From positions 14,405 through 78,404 of IMG/VR virus record IMGVR_UViG_3300009605_000020: 64,000 bases of DNA, one strand, 5' to 3'. Under the pieces are notes generated by a model that was given only the letters and a program-made list of their open reading frames with translations, did not search any database and was not told the origin of the DNA. Shown here in pieces: positions 38,401 through 48,264 of the stretch. The first letter of the stretch is position 1, and the number at the start of each line of letters is the position of its first letter. Made by a program: the position numbers and the translations under genes. The DNA is from a virus.

Positions 38401-41400
38401 ATCAAGATCTGTCAACCAATCAGAATTGTGATTTATAACTAAGTTTTCAATATGTTCGCTTATCCTGAATTCTGGTACAATCGTGTGATCTTTGCCCTTT
38501 AATCGTATAAATTCAGCATATTCTTCATATGGTTGATAAGGATCTTTTCCGGCCTGGACTGGAGCATCCCAATATGTGTCGCCTCCCCATACCGGATCGC
38601 AGATCCCCATCCCAGAGCCGGGAGAAGAGCCCGAGCCTACGAAAACCCTCATATTGTAAAGAGGCCCGGGCGCGATGTTGGCGCGCTGCCACAGGCAGCC
38701 TTGGTATGTGCCAAACCTGGTATATCTATTTTGAAGTTCTCCAGCAGAGAAGCCCGTGCCGCCCCAACCTAGTATTGGTAAAGTAGATTGAGATATATCA
38801 GCCAGCATACTGCTAAAGGGATAGTGTGCATCTAGTGGCCACATGCTAGCATTGGGAACATTAGTCCCAACCGCATTTAACCGGAAGTCCGCGAAGAAGC
38901 CCGGGTTCTGACTTCTGCGACCTCGCGGGGTTAACCAAATTTGATCAGTACTATACTCTTCTCTTGTTCTAGTTCTCGTACGATATGCATTGACTTCCCG
39001 AGGATAGATTCTCTCGGTATATTCTATTAACGAATCTGCACTATTATTTAATGAAGCATCTAAAGCAAAATTAACAAGTGTTTCGTATGGCTGCCCGAAG
39101 GTAACATTGGGAACAAGGTCTAGCCTGTTGTCTAATCGCTGATGTGAGAAATAGTCTATATTGTTGCCCCACGAAACCTTAGCTACCACACTATTATCCG
39201 GAGGGATTGGAGTACCCGGAGCAGAGGCCCACATTTGATTATAAGCATCAGGAACGCCGGGAATATTATTCCATTGACCGCCCTCGAATGCAAATTCTAG
39301 AGCATGGTGGCGACTACTGATTGGCTGTTCAATATACTGCTTAAAAGTATTCCCCTTTAGGCCCTTCATCTGCTGAGCTGTTGCGTAATCGCCCACATAA
39401 ATAGGCAAAGGCTCGTCCCTTTGAGATAGTATATTATGCTCTCGCTGATATCTTACAACAGGGTGTTGTCGTGTTCGGATTTGCTTCCATGTCGGCCAGC
39501 CGTAAGGGCCACCGCGATTAAGGAGGATTGAGTTTAGTATGCCTCCGGGTCCGGTGGTTTCGTCCGGGGAAAGGTAGGATACGCCAAAGCCGTTGCCAGG
39601 AGCAATGCCATAATTGATTGTGGAATTTATATAGTTCGACTTATAGACCAGTCCACTCCGTTCCAGTGACATACTAGGATATCCCAAGGTCTGAGCAGAA
39701 GAGTCAAGGGGATCCGCCACAATTGTATTCAGTCCTACAAAGTCTGTGGGAATTCCGGTCGTCGGTCCGAGCATAGATATCCAGGTAGCACTATCAATTC
39801 TTTGACCCCAAAAGCGCCACCCGGGGTTATTGGTTTCGACAGAATAAACTTCACTTTCTGGAATTGTCGGCCAACTCTGCGGGAGTCCTCCGCTAAGCCC
39901 CATGTATCCCAACATCATGGTGCCTGTAGTCAAACTAGCTGTAATCCAAGCATACTGACGATCTGACTGAGGAATTGGATGTGTTACCCAGCCATTGTCG
40001 TAAACCGAAGCCGTGAAATAAGAACCAGTTTCCATTCTATATTTGGTGTTTCTGTTAACTTTGTGGTACGAGGGAACCGTAACATATGTATCTGTAGGAA
40101 TTGTGCCATAGGCTGCATCATGGCCGAACTGCCCGCAATGTAGAGTTAGCCTCTGATTTCTGCCTCTGTTCTTTCCTATCTGATCAACAACTGTGATTGT
40201 CTGCGCAGCTAAAGGATCTACCGAAGCTGAACCCGAGAGGCCATAATCTATAACTGATCGATTGCGGAAGGGCAAAGCATTGTAGGGAGAAACCTCTTCG
40301 TGAGCCGGCTCTAAATAACCCCGGGATTGAACTTCATATCCTCCGGGAGCAGAAAACTTGTTAACAAAAATGGTCTGATTTGAGTTGCGTCCATCGCGAT
40401 TTGGAAGGGCAAACTTATCTCCAAAGCGCGTGCAGGCCTGGGGATTAATATCCACAATAATTCCTGGTGGTGTACCGACGTGTACGAGGTCCGCGCTGGC
40501 GCCACCCACGATGTTTGCTATACCTGCTATCGAATCCCCGGGGCCGTCTCCCATCCGGAACCAGAATATTAGATTGCTCCTGACTGCTATTAGCTCTCCT
40601 CCTAGCAAATTTAAGGTAGCCTGAGAATATAATTTATTGGCCTGATCGCTGGTTAAGGTGGTATTCCAAAAGGATGCATCAGAAACATATCCGGCCCAGT
40701 TCTCACCAGTATGCCAGCCGATATATATATAGGCCGAGGACATAACATAAGGATCTATGGTTCCGACAGGAGTCACCACTTCTGTAACCGGCACCGGAGC
40801 GCCATCTATATACATTGTGGGGCTATTGCTCGTTGATGACCCGTTATAGGTTATCGCCAGATGTGTCCATTTATTTAGTGGGATTGCGCTTGCAGGACTT
40901 TCCCACTCTGCGGTAGTTCCTCCGCCATCCCATTTCGCTAAGAAAATAACTTTATTATTTGGGTCAGTCTTAATTCTCCTAGTATCGAAGTTGTCACCAG
41001 CGTGCACTCCATCGCTATCCTGGAAGAGTATATTAGTTTGCCCTGAAGCTGTTAAGTTTATCCAAGCTTGCCACGTCTCGGCTGTGTTGGCGTTCATATA
41101 GGCTATTTCGGGCGCACTTCCGGACCAGGACCAATATTTACGGAGGCCGGGGGGCTGATCATCAAGTTCGATAGCTTTAGTATTCACGACCCTATCGCCA
41201 GATAATGCAAGCGGTGGCCGACTATTATCAAGTTTGTGGTGAACAGTTAATGGATACAGCGAAAAATCAAATGATTGTTCTCGGAAAAACAAATCATTTA
41301 TAGATCGAGCGTTGCTTTGAACAACATCGTAGTTCATGCGGTAATTGCCGAGTATTGTAGACCCAGTTGTCATCTGTATATTTTGAACATTGACTGGTCG

Positions 41401-44400
41401 CTTGGTTCCTACGTTTCGTAATAGATTTCCTTTTGGTCGATCGAATAAGTAGGGAGGCGAAACAGCTGGAGCATTCGGGGATGGATACTGGGGATCAACT
41501 ATTCCTAGAGCACCAGACGTTTCATTTGTATATGTGGAAGACGTAATTTGACAAGTTAAATCCGTGCCTCCGCCGGCGACTGCAACGTCAGCAGGAGTAA
41601 GATCGAGCATATACTCTGGACAGGATACGGGGATAGTGGCAGGTATACCATCGCATTGGAACGATAGTGAAGTGAGCGGCGGTTCTGACGCGGCATCATC
41701 AACATTCAAAAGCGTATCTCCCGGACTATCACCAAATCTGTACCACGACATTAAGCCGACACTTAACCCGGCTGAAGCCGTTAAATTAATGGGCCCTGAA
41801 GATGTTACAGCAATTTCTTTCTTTTCAACGGTCAGGAGAGGCGATATCGTGGTACAGGTAGTCGTGGTTTCTCCGCCGACTCCATAAAGCTCAAGGCATT
41901 CTGCGTCCGAAAGCTGTCTGTCCCATATTGCCTGATCGGCAAAAGCACCACTATGAAAAGTCGACTTTACAGACCAGCCGCTGTAGGCGGCAATATACCA
42001 GGCTCCAACACTACCGGCGCCGGTGGTGCCCACCAGATTACCAGCTGGAGTTTGCCAAGTAGAAAAGCTTGCGCTCACTCCGTTAATAAAAACATTAGGA
42101 GGTTGCGATCCCGAATTATAAGCAGTAACAATATGATACCAGCCCGGGCCTTCTGTCAAATATTTACTAGAGGTGAGCGGTACATCCAATACCCACTCGG
42201 CGTCAGTCGGGCCTCCGGCGCTATATTCTGCACCAAAAAATAATCTCATACCGGCCGGCGAGGAGGCGGTACCTATCGTACGTAGACGTTTGAAACCGGT
42301 ACCCGCGCCCTCGTTTCCGAAGCTCCATATGCCGCTGGCGAGGCCCTTATCAAGCAGCTCTGAAGAGGCCGAGACCCACGTCGATACGGTGAACTCATCG
42401 GATGAGCCATCAAATGCACCCGCAGACATATACCATCCGGTATTAAAAATATGATTTGTGCAAGGCCATTTGCATGCGGTCAATATTTTTTTACTATTAG
42501 CACCAATATTACTAGAAGTTACCAAGTTATAGGTAGTATTTACCAACTTTCGGTCTGTACACATTCCCAGAAGCAGTTTAAACCCTTCCGGTCGATCTTC
42601 AACATAATCTAGATTATTCGGGCCCTTCTTAAGTGCATCGAATTTGTTTAACGCGACGTGACGATATTCTCGTCCCCCAACATATTGTTCGGTAAACGGG
42701 CCCTGGAGAGGACTGCCATTCAGTTCGCCATAAATATCATTATGAAGATCGGTTATCATAACCCCTTTCATAAATCTTTCTCTTACAGTCTGATTATATC
42801 CTGTCGCGACTGAACTGCTATATAAATTAAATGGCGCCAACAAATGCCCCTTGGCCTCTTGATAATCAAAACTTCCTGACTGATGTTTATTAATTCTAGC
42901 ATTTATACCCCAGGCCAAGCGCTTCTTTTGATTTGGAGTGATGATATCGGTGATATCTTTAAGAGTTTCCACATCTTTTTCAAAAGTCAGCATAACATTG
43001 GCAGGAATGTTCATGCCTTTTATAAGTGGGCCGGCAGGATAAGTGGCGGGGAATACGAAATCCCATATTTTATTTGGATATTGGCCGCGAGGATTCCCCC
43101 CAGGCAATTGTAACGGTCGAGAAACAGAAAGTTTATATGGCCTAGAATCGGCACAGTTGTCATCCCAAAACTGGGATCGGTCGTCGGCGTACCCTGGTCG
43201 CTGGGGGCCGGCGCTCTCGAAGATCTTCTCCCGGGAAAAATCAACCGCAGCATCGCCCGAAGCAAGAGGGGGCTTCAGCCGGGTAGCGCGGTCCTTCCAC
43301 CAATACGCATTGGTACTTTGGAGGTTGTTGAGTGGGTGATGATTAAATTTCCACCCTCCCAGGGGATCTAAAATATTACAAATTCTACCTTCAATAATAG
43401 GATCTTTGGTATTTAATGTTGGGAATTTACTATGATATTTGTTTCTCTCTAAAATATGACTCTCAATCATGGTGCGTATATTCTGAGCTACATCCGCTGA
43501 TGCTGGAACAAGTTGTTGCAACATTGTTGAGAGAGAAGAATCAAACCACTTATAAAATTCATAGAATTTATCAAAGTCTATAGTACTATTTTGGACATTT
43601 AAGAAAAAGGCCTGTCGGACCTTTGAAAGATCTTTGTAGTCCATTCGATAGCGATTCACTGGTGCACCTATCAAGGTGTGCATATCGCGTATAGTGGCAA
43701 AATAATTTATCATCTCTTCGGAAATAACTTGATAAAGGCTCTTTTCGAAAGAGAAGTAGAACGTTACAGGGCGTGTTGCGGGAGTAAATTCTTCTTGTTC
43801 CTCGGAAGTTAAAACAGAAATCATATCCACAGACCGTAGATTCTCGGGTAGATTTTGTCTAATATTTACAATATAATCTTTATCGATCGCTGTCGTAGAA
43901 TTTGCCCCGAAGAAGTCGCCGCGGCCCGTATGTTGATTATTTAATATGGGGCCTAGCCAGTCATATCGAGAGGCGGCTAATTGAGTTGAACCGGATGAAA
44001 GATCGGCTACAGAGAATTGACCACTAGAGTTAGAGCCGGTATTCTGGTTAAAATCCCAATTCAGAGCCAAAGTGTCTAATTCAGGTATTTCTCCGAAAGA
44101 AGCTTCCGGTTGGAACGGAAAAGCGTACCAATGAGGATTGGATGTGCCACAATTAAAAGCATCGTTCGCGTGCTCGGTAAGAGTCGTATCATCTAAATAT
44201 GTTAACCAGTGGCGAGCCGCGGCCACCTTAACATCGGAGAACTCAAGCACAGACCCTGTAAAATTCTGTCGGTGCGATCCAGCAAATAATCTTTTTCGAT
44301 CCGAAATAAAGCCGGCTGGCGGAGAATTGATAGTACCGCTTAAAGTAAAGGTATCCAATACAACGCCATCTTGAACGTGAGTACCCCGCAATTCAACTAT

Positions 44401-46788
44401 ATAATCGCCAGCAACAGAACTGGTTACAAAATTTTCATATGGATATTTTTCCGGTCGTACGCGAACTGCCAAGTTCCATCTAGTATTATTATAAACATCC
44501 TCGTAAAGATCGCTTTTTAGAAGCGGCATACTGCCGCCAGCTGTGCTCGTTAGTACAAAACGAACATTCGGAGACCTAAGCTCATCACGAACAGCAAATA
44601 CTTGGAAATTACTTTCATCGAGTGCAGTCCAAGTAGTGTCGGCGCCGTTGGGAAGCGCGCTATGCATTCCGAATATTGATGCTGAAATAAAATTCCTACT
44701 TATATAATAGGGATGACTCTCGGGCGCCTTAATGGGCATCACCAAATCTACTTCGGTAGTAAAAGCAAATCCGCCAGTTAAATTAGTTGATCCGGTTATA
44801 AAAGATACCGAATTGGCGTTGCTAGAGTCAAGGAATTGATAGACCGATCCCTGAATGTTTTCTATCGTGTTGAAATCAACAAACTTTTTGGGTTCGACAA
44901 CTGCGCGCGCATTGTTTCGATACTCGTACTCAATATTGTTAGCATATAAATTAAATTTAATCAGCTCGTCATCAATTCCAAAACAACGAATTAAATTGCG
45001 AAATGCTTTTTCAGTACCTTTAGACTTATAAATATAATTGAGATTATTATAGATATTTTGATATATCGTATTCTTAATATCACTCAACGACTTATCATAG
45101 ATAAGATCTTCACTTCGATCCGCTAATTTTTCTAAAACATCAGCATCTATAAAAAGCTCTGGCGACACAAGGCCGGCTGATTCTAAAAGCCTATTGGCAA
45201 AGGGGAGTGGTTTTTGGCTCCCATGGGGATAAGTGATATCTTTTAACGTATTTAAAGATTGAATTTGTAATTGTAGCGTATCAAAATAACTTCCCATTAT
45301 TTGGGCTAGACTCTTTAGTTCTCCAGAAGCCTCCTCGTCCTCTTCTAAAATCCATCCCGGAATTGAGTTATATATGGAAGCGTTATTTTGAATATCGTGC
45401 CGAGAGCCGCTACCTTCTAATTTTGCCTCCAGAGCTACTACCGCCGGATGGAAAGAATATATTATAGGATCTTTAAACTCTTTTATGGCCGCTCTAGAAA
45501 TAACTATCGCAGATCCAGTATTTCTTGAGTTGGAAGTGTAACCAGTCCAGGTACCGTTTGAAATGCGCCCAGAGTAATCAAGCACCATTCTATCTGTAGA
45601 ATCAATGCCCGTAATTCCTTCATTAAACTTATAATAAACGCCCAAATCTGTATTTACCAAATTAGTAGTATCTACACCGGGAGCTGGGTCCGAATTGGTT
45701 CCTCCACCTACTTGCGATATCCAGTATCGACCTATATCTTTAGAGCTTCTTTGCTTTTTCCAATATCGGAATTCATCCAATGAGGCGGATAACTTACCTG
45801 CTCCCATCATTGCCGCCGAGCCAGATGGGCTTGTAATTAGCGCGCCAATATGTGCTTTAAGAGTCCCGGTGATCTGGTTAATACCCACTGATCCGAGCGT
45901 TTGTTCGTTGTTTAAGTCACCATTAACATAAAATTTAGTATTAACGCCGACAGAAGTGGATACACAAGTAATTGCATAATGATGCCAATTGTTATCAGCT
46001 ACCGAAGCGGTTGTTAGAGTTGCACTCCCGATGGATACATCTTGAAATCCCGTTGTTCCTGAAAGTATCGTGAGCCTAAAAGGATTTAATCCATCGGTGG
46101 CGCCAGTTAGTTCTATGCTTAGGCGCCCGTAATCAACACTGGAAGATAACTTGTTGTTCCAGAGATCAAAAATAACTTCTTTTTCGGTAGATCCGGTTAT
46201 AAATTGATCTTTCTTGAGCCAGAATTCAACTGAAACACCTTTGTCACGGAGATTAAACTCCAAATTGGAAGCTCTATTCTTTGCGGGATCCCAATAGTTT
46301 GACCCAGTAAACTGAACCATAGGATCCGACATACCATGCGGATTTTGATTGGGGCCTCCTATAAAAGAAATATACTCCCGAGTAGACGGAGTTCCATAGC
46401 CATCAGCAGTTATAGGACCACTAGAAGCACCCCATCCATCAGCAGATAAAATAATAAATCCGTTAGTGCGAGGATATTGATTATCTAATAAATATAGATC
46501 TATATAGGTGGAATTATTTTCCCATTCCAATTTTTCTTTAAGAGAGCCGTCGTAGGGATAGGTGCCATAGACCCTTCCAATAGAGGCTTTGTAATACTCT
46601 GCGGCCGACCCATAATAAGCAAAATTTTCTGGTCGTGAAAAATCTATTCTCGGAATAAATCTGTCTTCGTGTATTACATCTTGTTCGTGATACCCAACAG
46701 ACTCAACCTCAGAGGCAAGCTGCTCCTCGCTCATGTCAGAAATATTTTTTACACTGCTAGCAAGTTTATAGGTATCCTTCAAGCTCAT
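35485..46788 (-). CDS. Giant baseplate wedge protein (gp7/P2 gpI-like) with multiple LamG/ConA-like lectin domains (3767 aa)
   Basis: YIYKSKGTEKAFRNLIRCFG wedge motif; LamG signatures SVEFW..WHHYAIT..LDEFRYW, FTVSTWV..WYHIV..DQAIWDRQLS, WQAWI..WTHLAITY..SDASFWNTTLT; downstream of gp6. Confidence 0.75.
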   Translation of the reverse strand: MSLKDTYKLASSVKNISDMSEEQLASEVESVGYHEQDVIHEDRFIPRIDFSRPENFAYYGSAAEYYKASIGRVYGTYPYDGSLKEKLEWENNSTYIDLYLLDNQYPRTNGFIILSADGWGASSGPITADGYGTPSTREYISFIGGPNQNPHGMSDPMVQFTGSNYWDPAKNRASNLEFNLRDKGVSVEFWLKKDQFITGSTEKEVIFDLWNNKLSSSVDYGRLSIELTGATDGLNPFRLTILSGTTGFQDVSIGSATLTTASVADNNWHHYAITCVSTSVGVNTKFYVNGDLNNEQTLGSVGINQITGTLKAHIGALITSPSGSAAMMGAGKLSASLDEFRYWKKQRSSKDIGRYWISQVGGGTNSDPAPGVDTTNLVNTDLGVYYKFNEGITGIDSTDRMVLDYSGRISNGTWTGYTSNSRNTGSAIVISRAAIKEFKDPIIYSFHPAVVALEAKLEGSGSRHDIQNNASIYNSIPGWILEEDEEASGELKSLAQIMGSYFDTLQLQIQSLNTLKDITYPHGSQKPLPFANRLLESAGLVSPELFIDADVLEKLADRSEDLIYDKSLSDIKNTIYQNIYNNLNYIYKSKGTEKAFRNLIRCFGIDDELIKFNLYANNIEYEYRNNARAVVEPKKFVDFNTIENIQGSVYQFLDSSNANSVSFITGSTNLTGGFAFTTEVDLVMPIKAPESHPYYISRNFISASIFGMHSALPNGADTTWTALDESNFQVFAVRDELRSPNVRFVLTSTAGGSMPLLKSDLYEDVYNNTRWNLAVRVRPEKYPYENFVTSSVAGDYIVELRGTHVQDGVVLDTFTLSGTINSPPAGFISDRKRLFAGSHRQNFTGSVLEFSDVKVAAARHWLTYLDDTTLTEHANDAFNCGTSNPHWYAFPFQPEASFGEIPELDTLALNWDFNQNTGSNSSGQFSVADLSSGSTQLAASRYDWLGPILNNQHTGRGDFFGANSTTAIDKDYIVNIRQNLPENLRSVDMISVLTSEEQEEFTPATRPVTFYFSFEKSLYQVISEEMINYFATIRDMHTLIGAPVNRYRMDYKDLSKVRQAFFLNVQNSTIDFDKFYEFYKWFDSSLSTMLQQLVPASADVAQNIRTMIESHILERNKYHSKFPTLNTKDPIIEGRICNILDPLGGWKFNHHPLNNLQSTNAYWWKDRATRLKPPLASGDAAVDFSREKIFESAGPQRPGYADDRSQFWDDNCADSRPYKLSVSRPLQLPGGNPRGQYPNKIWDFVFPATYPAGPLIKGMNIPANVMLTFEKDVETLKDITDIITPNQKKRLAWGINARINKHQSGSFDYQEAKGHLLAPFNLYSSSVATGYNQTVRERFMKGVMITDLHNDIYGELNGSPLQGPFTEQYVGGREYRHVALNKFDALKKGPNNLDYVEDRPEGFKLLLGMCTDRKLVNTTYNLVTSSNIGANSKKILTACKWPCTNHIFNTGWYMSAGAFDGSSDEFTVSTWVSASSELLDKGLASGIWSFGNEGAGTGFKRLRTIGTASSPAGMRLFFGAEYSAGGPTDAEWVLDVPLTSSKYLTEGPGWYHIVTAYNSGSQPPNVFINGVSASFSTWQTPAGNLVGTTGAGSVGAWYIAAYSGWSVKSTFHSGAFADQAIWDRQLSDAECLELYGVGGETTTTCTTISPLLTVEKKEIAVTSSGPINLTASAGLSVGLMSWYRFGDSPGDTLLNVDDAASEPPLTSLSFQCDGIPATIPVSCPEYMLDLTPADVAVAGGGTDLTCQITSSTYTNETSGALGIVDPQYPSPNAPAVSPPYLFDRPKGNLLRNVGTKRPVNVQNIQMTTGSTILGNYRMNYDVVQSNARSINDLFFREQSFDFSLYPLTVHHKLDNSRPPLALSGDRVVNTKAIELDDQPPGLRKYWSWSGSAPEIAYMNANTAETWQAWINLTASGQTNILFQDSDGVHAGDNFDTRRIKTDPNNKVIFLAKWDGGGTTAEWESPASAIPLNKWTHLAITYNGSSTSNSPTMYIDGAPVPVTEVVTPVGTIDPYVMSSAYIYIGWHTGENWAGYVSDASFWNTTLTSDQANKLYSQATLNLLGGELIAVRSNLIFWFRMGDGPGDSIAGIANIVGGASADLVHVGTPPGIIVDINPQACTRFGDKFALPNRDGRNSNQTIFVNKFSAPGGYEVQSRGYLEPAHEEVSPYNALPFRNRSVIDYGLSGSASVDPLAAQTITVVDQIGKNRGRNQRLTLHCGQFGHDAAYGTIPTDTYVTVPSYHKVNRNTKYRMETGSYFTASVYDNGWVTHPIPQSDRQYAWITASLTTGTMMLGYMGLSGGLPQSWPTIPESEVYSVETNNPGWRFWGQRIDSATWISMLGPTTGIPTDFVGLNTIVADPLDSSAQTLGYPSMSLERSGLVYKSNYINSTINYGIAPGNGFGVSYLSPDETTGPGGILNSILLNRGGPYGWPTWKQIRTRQHPVVRYQREHNILSQRDEPLPIYVGDYATAQQMKGLKGNTFKQYIEQPISSRHHALEFAFEGGQWNNIPGVPDAYNQMWASAPGTPIPPDNSVVAKVSWGNNIDYFSHQRLDNRLDLVPNVTFGQPYETLVNFALDASLNNSADSLIEYTERIYPREVNAYRTRTRTREEYSTDQIWLTPRGRRSQNPGFFADFRLNAVGTNVPNASMWPLDAHYPFSSMLADISQSTLPILGWGGTGFSAGELQNRYTRFGTYQGCLWQRANIAPGPLYNMRVFVGSGSSPGSGMGICDPVWGGDTYWDAPVQAGKDPYQPYEEYAEFIRLKGKDHTIVPEFRISEHIENLVINHNSDWLTDLDETTGLFDLTGGEVPEGEGGVVPGTQTDIIANSSQNNFYSVYGHTDFLKYFKVIDDDLNNKNINEGMRLKRKEIQLGCSAYIKFLPYKGFYPAERAAALTGLFSSSYFPHVESSFSSSVTGWQHTTAGPETRGAMRPLLEPLFAPGILFNTIKSGIAVSSFVIFNTSSTPKWDIGLVPKGESILDINAGSGGPSDLAGTKIATSTVWTTLPEGTINFGVRYSSSLNPQLNQNNFTPPASWWPPATPGGWYVNYLDAQGGYGFQRIPFEAMIKPSAYFGVNSISGAYIYDNGLPPSASFRQDQDPTKYKYRVGWNGMGSSLYELAIDNFLCETLNFFQDDTFGHMANFVSAREDEFASVTSGSYYAMTVDLRRPIINPGGDTTGSGQLVTIPDRSKFEMYERASAFGPPFAGNAYAGAFNCISPGSACAWEANFDPLTPSYYDGHGRATILFKAQYSGKPALSDILATSEFMYARSNNTADPLSIEAWGVHGPSAGSVWQQHIDQNVNLAETLISVPPDTDSNQDRWLIQSKFETPVLNFSKYTVSGSAASASITLPPNSLVPGYPHPLAPTTDTLSKKIISKGMWHQYGDIPAGGETIELSVDTPSYINSPTHGVLEEDNINSLASVVKFNTGSPKPVGNLRRQQTLAEAIIVVPFTVNQFGTRRSFFKLTEDMHGPGQASYLRCVDILRRYILPPKFDFVTNPASTGPTMTTELNPLSPVNSTGGPTMTTRLNPLSPVNSTGGPTMTAQLDPLSIGAGGSPTTISPEKILFYAFEFSVSISRQDLADIWQNLPPNIGTQFQKPDPLFIREKNLIDEMYNPETTLRWLVFKVKKRAEKDYNVFVKKNLTTDLATIPPNIESKYSYNWPYDYFSLVELVKIDTTVQYSPETAAQMMLDPNLGQDLLFPPSLGSGTPPLNILGQPYGSLPSKEPPSMRAPSLPLWMSPSRSMSSSGALRSVQRILQMMTKKRKI
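36161..36288. repeat. 54-bp coding tandem repeat (2 full copies plus partial flanks)
   Basis: gtcatagtcgggcctccagtggagttaacgggacttagcggattaag starts at 36161 and 36215, with a partial copy at 36269; encodes (LNPLSPVNSTGGPTMTT/A)n. Confidence 0.9.
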
Positions 46789-46791
46789 TTT

Positions 46792-48264
46792 TTATTCTTC
46801 TACTCTAAATTTAAATATCTCTGGTTGTTCCACCCATGCTCCGATGCTGTCATTGTAATAGGATGCCTTGATACCGTACATGTATTGAGCTTCCAACAAT
46901 GATATGTCTAAATCAAAATAATTTCCGTCTACATCATAGGACATATAAGTGCTCAAATCGCTTCCTGTTCCGTACGGTATTACATTTAGCTCGTCTGTTA
47001 ACCTCACCACCTTATAAGACGCGCTAGCTATGCACTCGTTTGGAATTGTGTTCGTCGCCACGACATACATGTTAGGATCCCAATTCCTTTGTCGTATAAA
47101 GAATCTGAAGCGTGCTGTCTCTTCTCTAGAATAGTTTGCCCTTAAGTTGGTTAGCGCTGTTATATAATTAAAGGTCGGGGCACTATCATAGGTCGGCACT
47201 AATTCGGGATAAACGGAGCCTGTTAAAACTTCTCCAATACCACTGCCAACTTCCCAAACATCATGAAGTGCTGTTAATGGGGTGGCCGCCGCAGTCATAG
47301 CTAACGAAGCAGAATATATTCCCGTACTTACCCGTCCAGCTGTGGTTATGTAGCCTATGCCATCGATCGGTGAATACAGACGCAACATAGGTCCCGTCGG
47401 GAGGCCGGCCGAACTAGAGTACATTCGAACAATGAGGCCGGCGCCGGCGTTGGGAATATCTACAAGTCTACCTCGAATATAATTGTAATAATACAAAGTG
47501 TTTAAGTTATCGGCTGCTGGCGCCAGAGAGCTACTATAGTAAAAGTCGCATCGATTATCCTGGATACGTGAATCCCAGCGAGCTTCCACTACTGGCCGTT
47601 TAAAGAAAAATTCCGAGGATCTGGCAAAAAACTTCTTTGTATAGTATGACCTTGGGGCGGCCTCCTCTCCGGGAATCAGCCGAATCCCCACACCATTATT
47701 GCCGCTAGTATATGTTCCAGCTACCCAGTCTTCTACAACGGTTGATATATCAACCGTCAGATCTTCCCAGCCCTCCCGAAAATGAGAGGTATATGAAGGA
47801 TTAACTAAATAGTTTCCTCCGGTATTAGCCCATGGCCCTGTAGATCCGCGACGCATCCAATTAGATCCGGTCCCCCCATATGTGAGATCTTTATATTCTT
47901 CCATATCAAGACCTGATCCCTCTTGCCATGATTGAGAAATGGGAGATATGGCTAATGTAAAATCGCGAGCTAGTGTAAATGGATGTTCTGCATTATACAT
48001 TTTAAGATAAAAACTAACATTACCAACGCCTGGTATGTTTCCTGCCGCGCGATCTGCCACAATGTCCTGTACTGGGAAATTTATTAAAATTCTGGACAGC
48101 TCTGAGCTTTGTCCACTGCTAGATGAAACTTGTCCATAAATTGAAAATACTTCTAAGCTGTCGGCGGCCCCCATATTGGATCCTGTGCCGCGCATCGTTA
48201 AATTTGCTTCAAAAGCATTCGTTATTGTATTGTCAGCATTAGCTACATATCTTTTAATTGCCAT
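46792..48264 (-). CDS. Baseplate protein with DNRLRE-like domain (490 aa)
   Basis: ADNTI...NMG...LEV...SRILINF, SWQEGSG, W...GG, DISTVVEDW, RPVVEARWD; between gp6 and the gp7-like gene. Confidence 0.6.
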   Translation of the reverse strand: MAIKRYVANADNTITNAFEANLTMRGTGSNMGAADSLEVFSIYGQVSSSSGQSSELSRILINFPVQDIVADRAAGNIPGVGNVSFYLKMYNAEHPFTLARDFTLAISPISQSWQEGSGLDMEEYKDLTYGGTGSNWMRRGSTGPWANTGGNYLVNPSYTSHFREGWEDLTVDISTVVEDWVAGTYTSGNNGVGIRLIPGEEAAPRSYYTKKFFARSSEFFFKRPVVEARWDSRIQDNRCDFYYSSSLAPAADNLNTLYYYNYIRGRLVDIPNAGAGLIVRMYSSSAGLPTGPMLRLYSPIDGIGYITTAGRVSTGIYSASLAMTAAATPLTALHDVWEVGSGIGEVLTGSVYPELVPTYDSAPTFNYITALTNLRANYSREETARFRFFIRQRNWDPNMYVVATNTIPNECIASASYKVVRLTDELNVIPYGTGSDLSTYMSYDVDGNYFDLDISLLEAQYMYGIKASYYNDSIGAWVEQPEIFKFRVEE

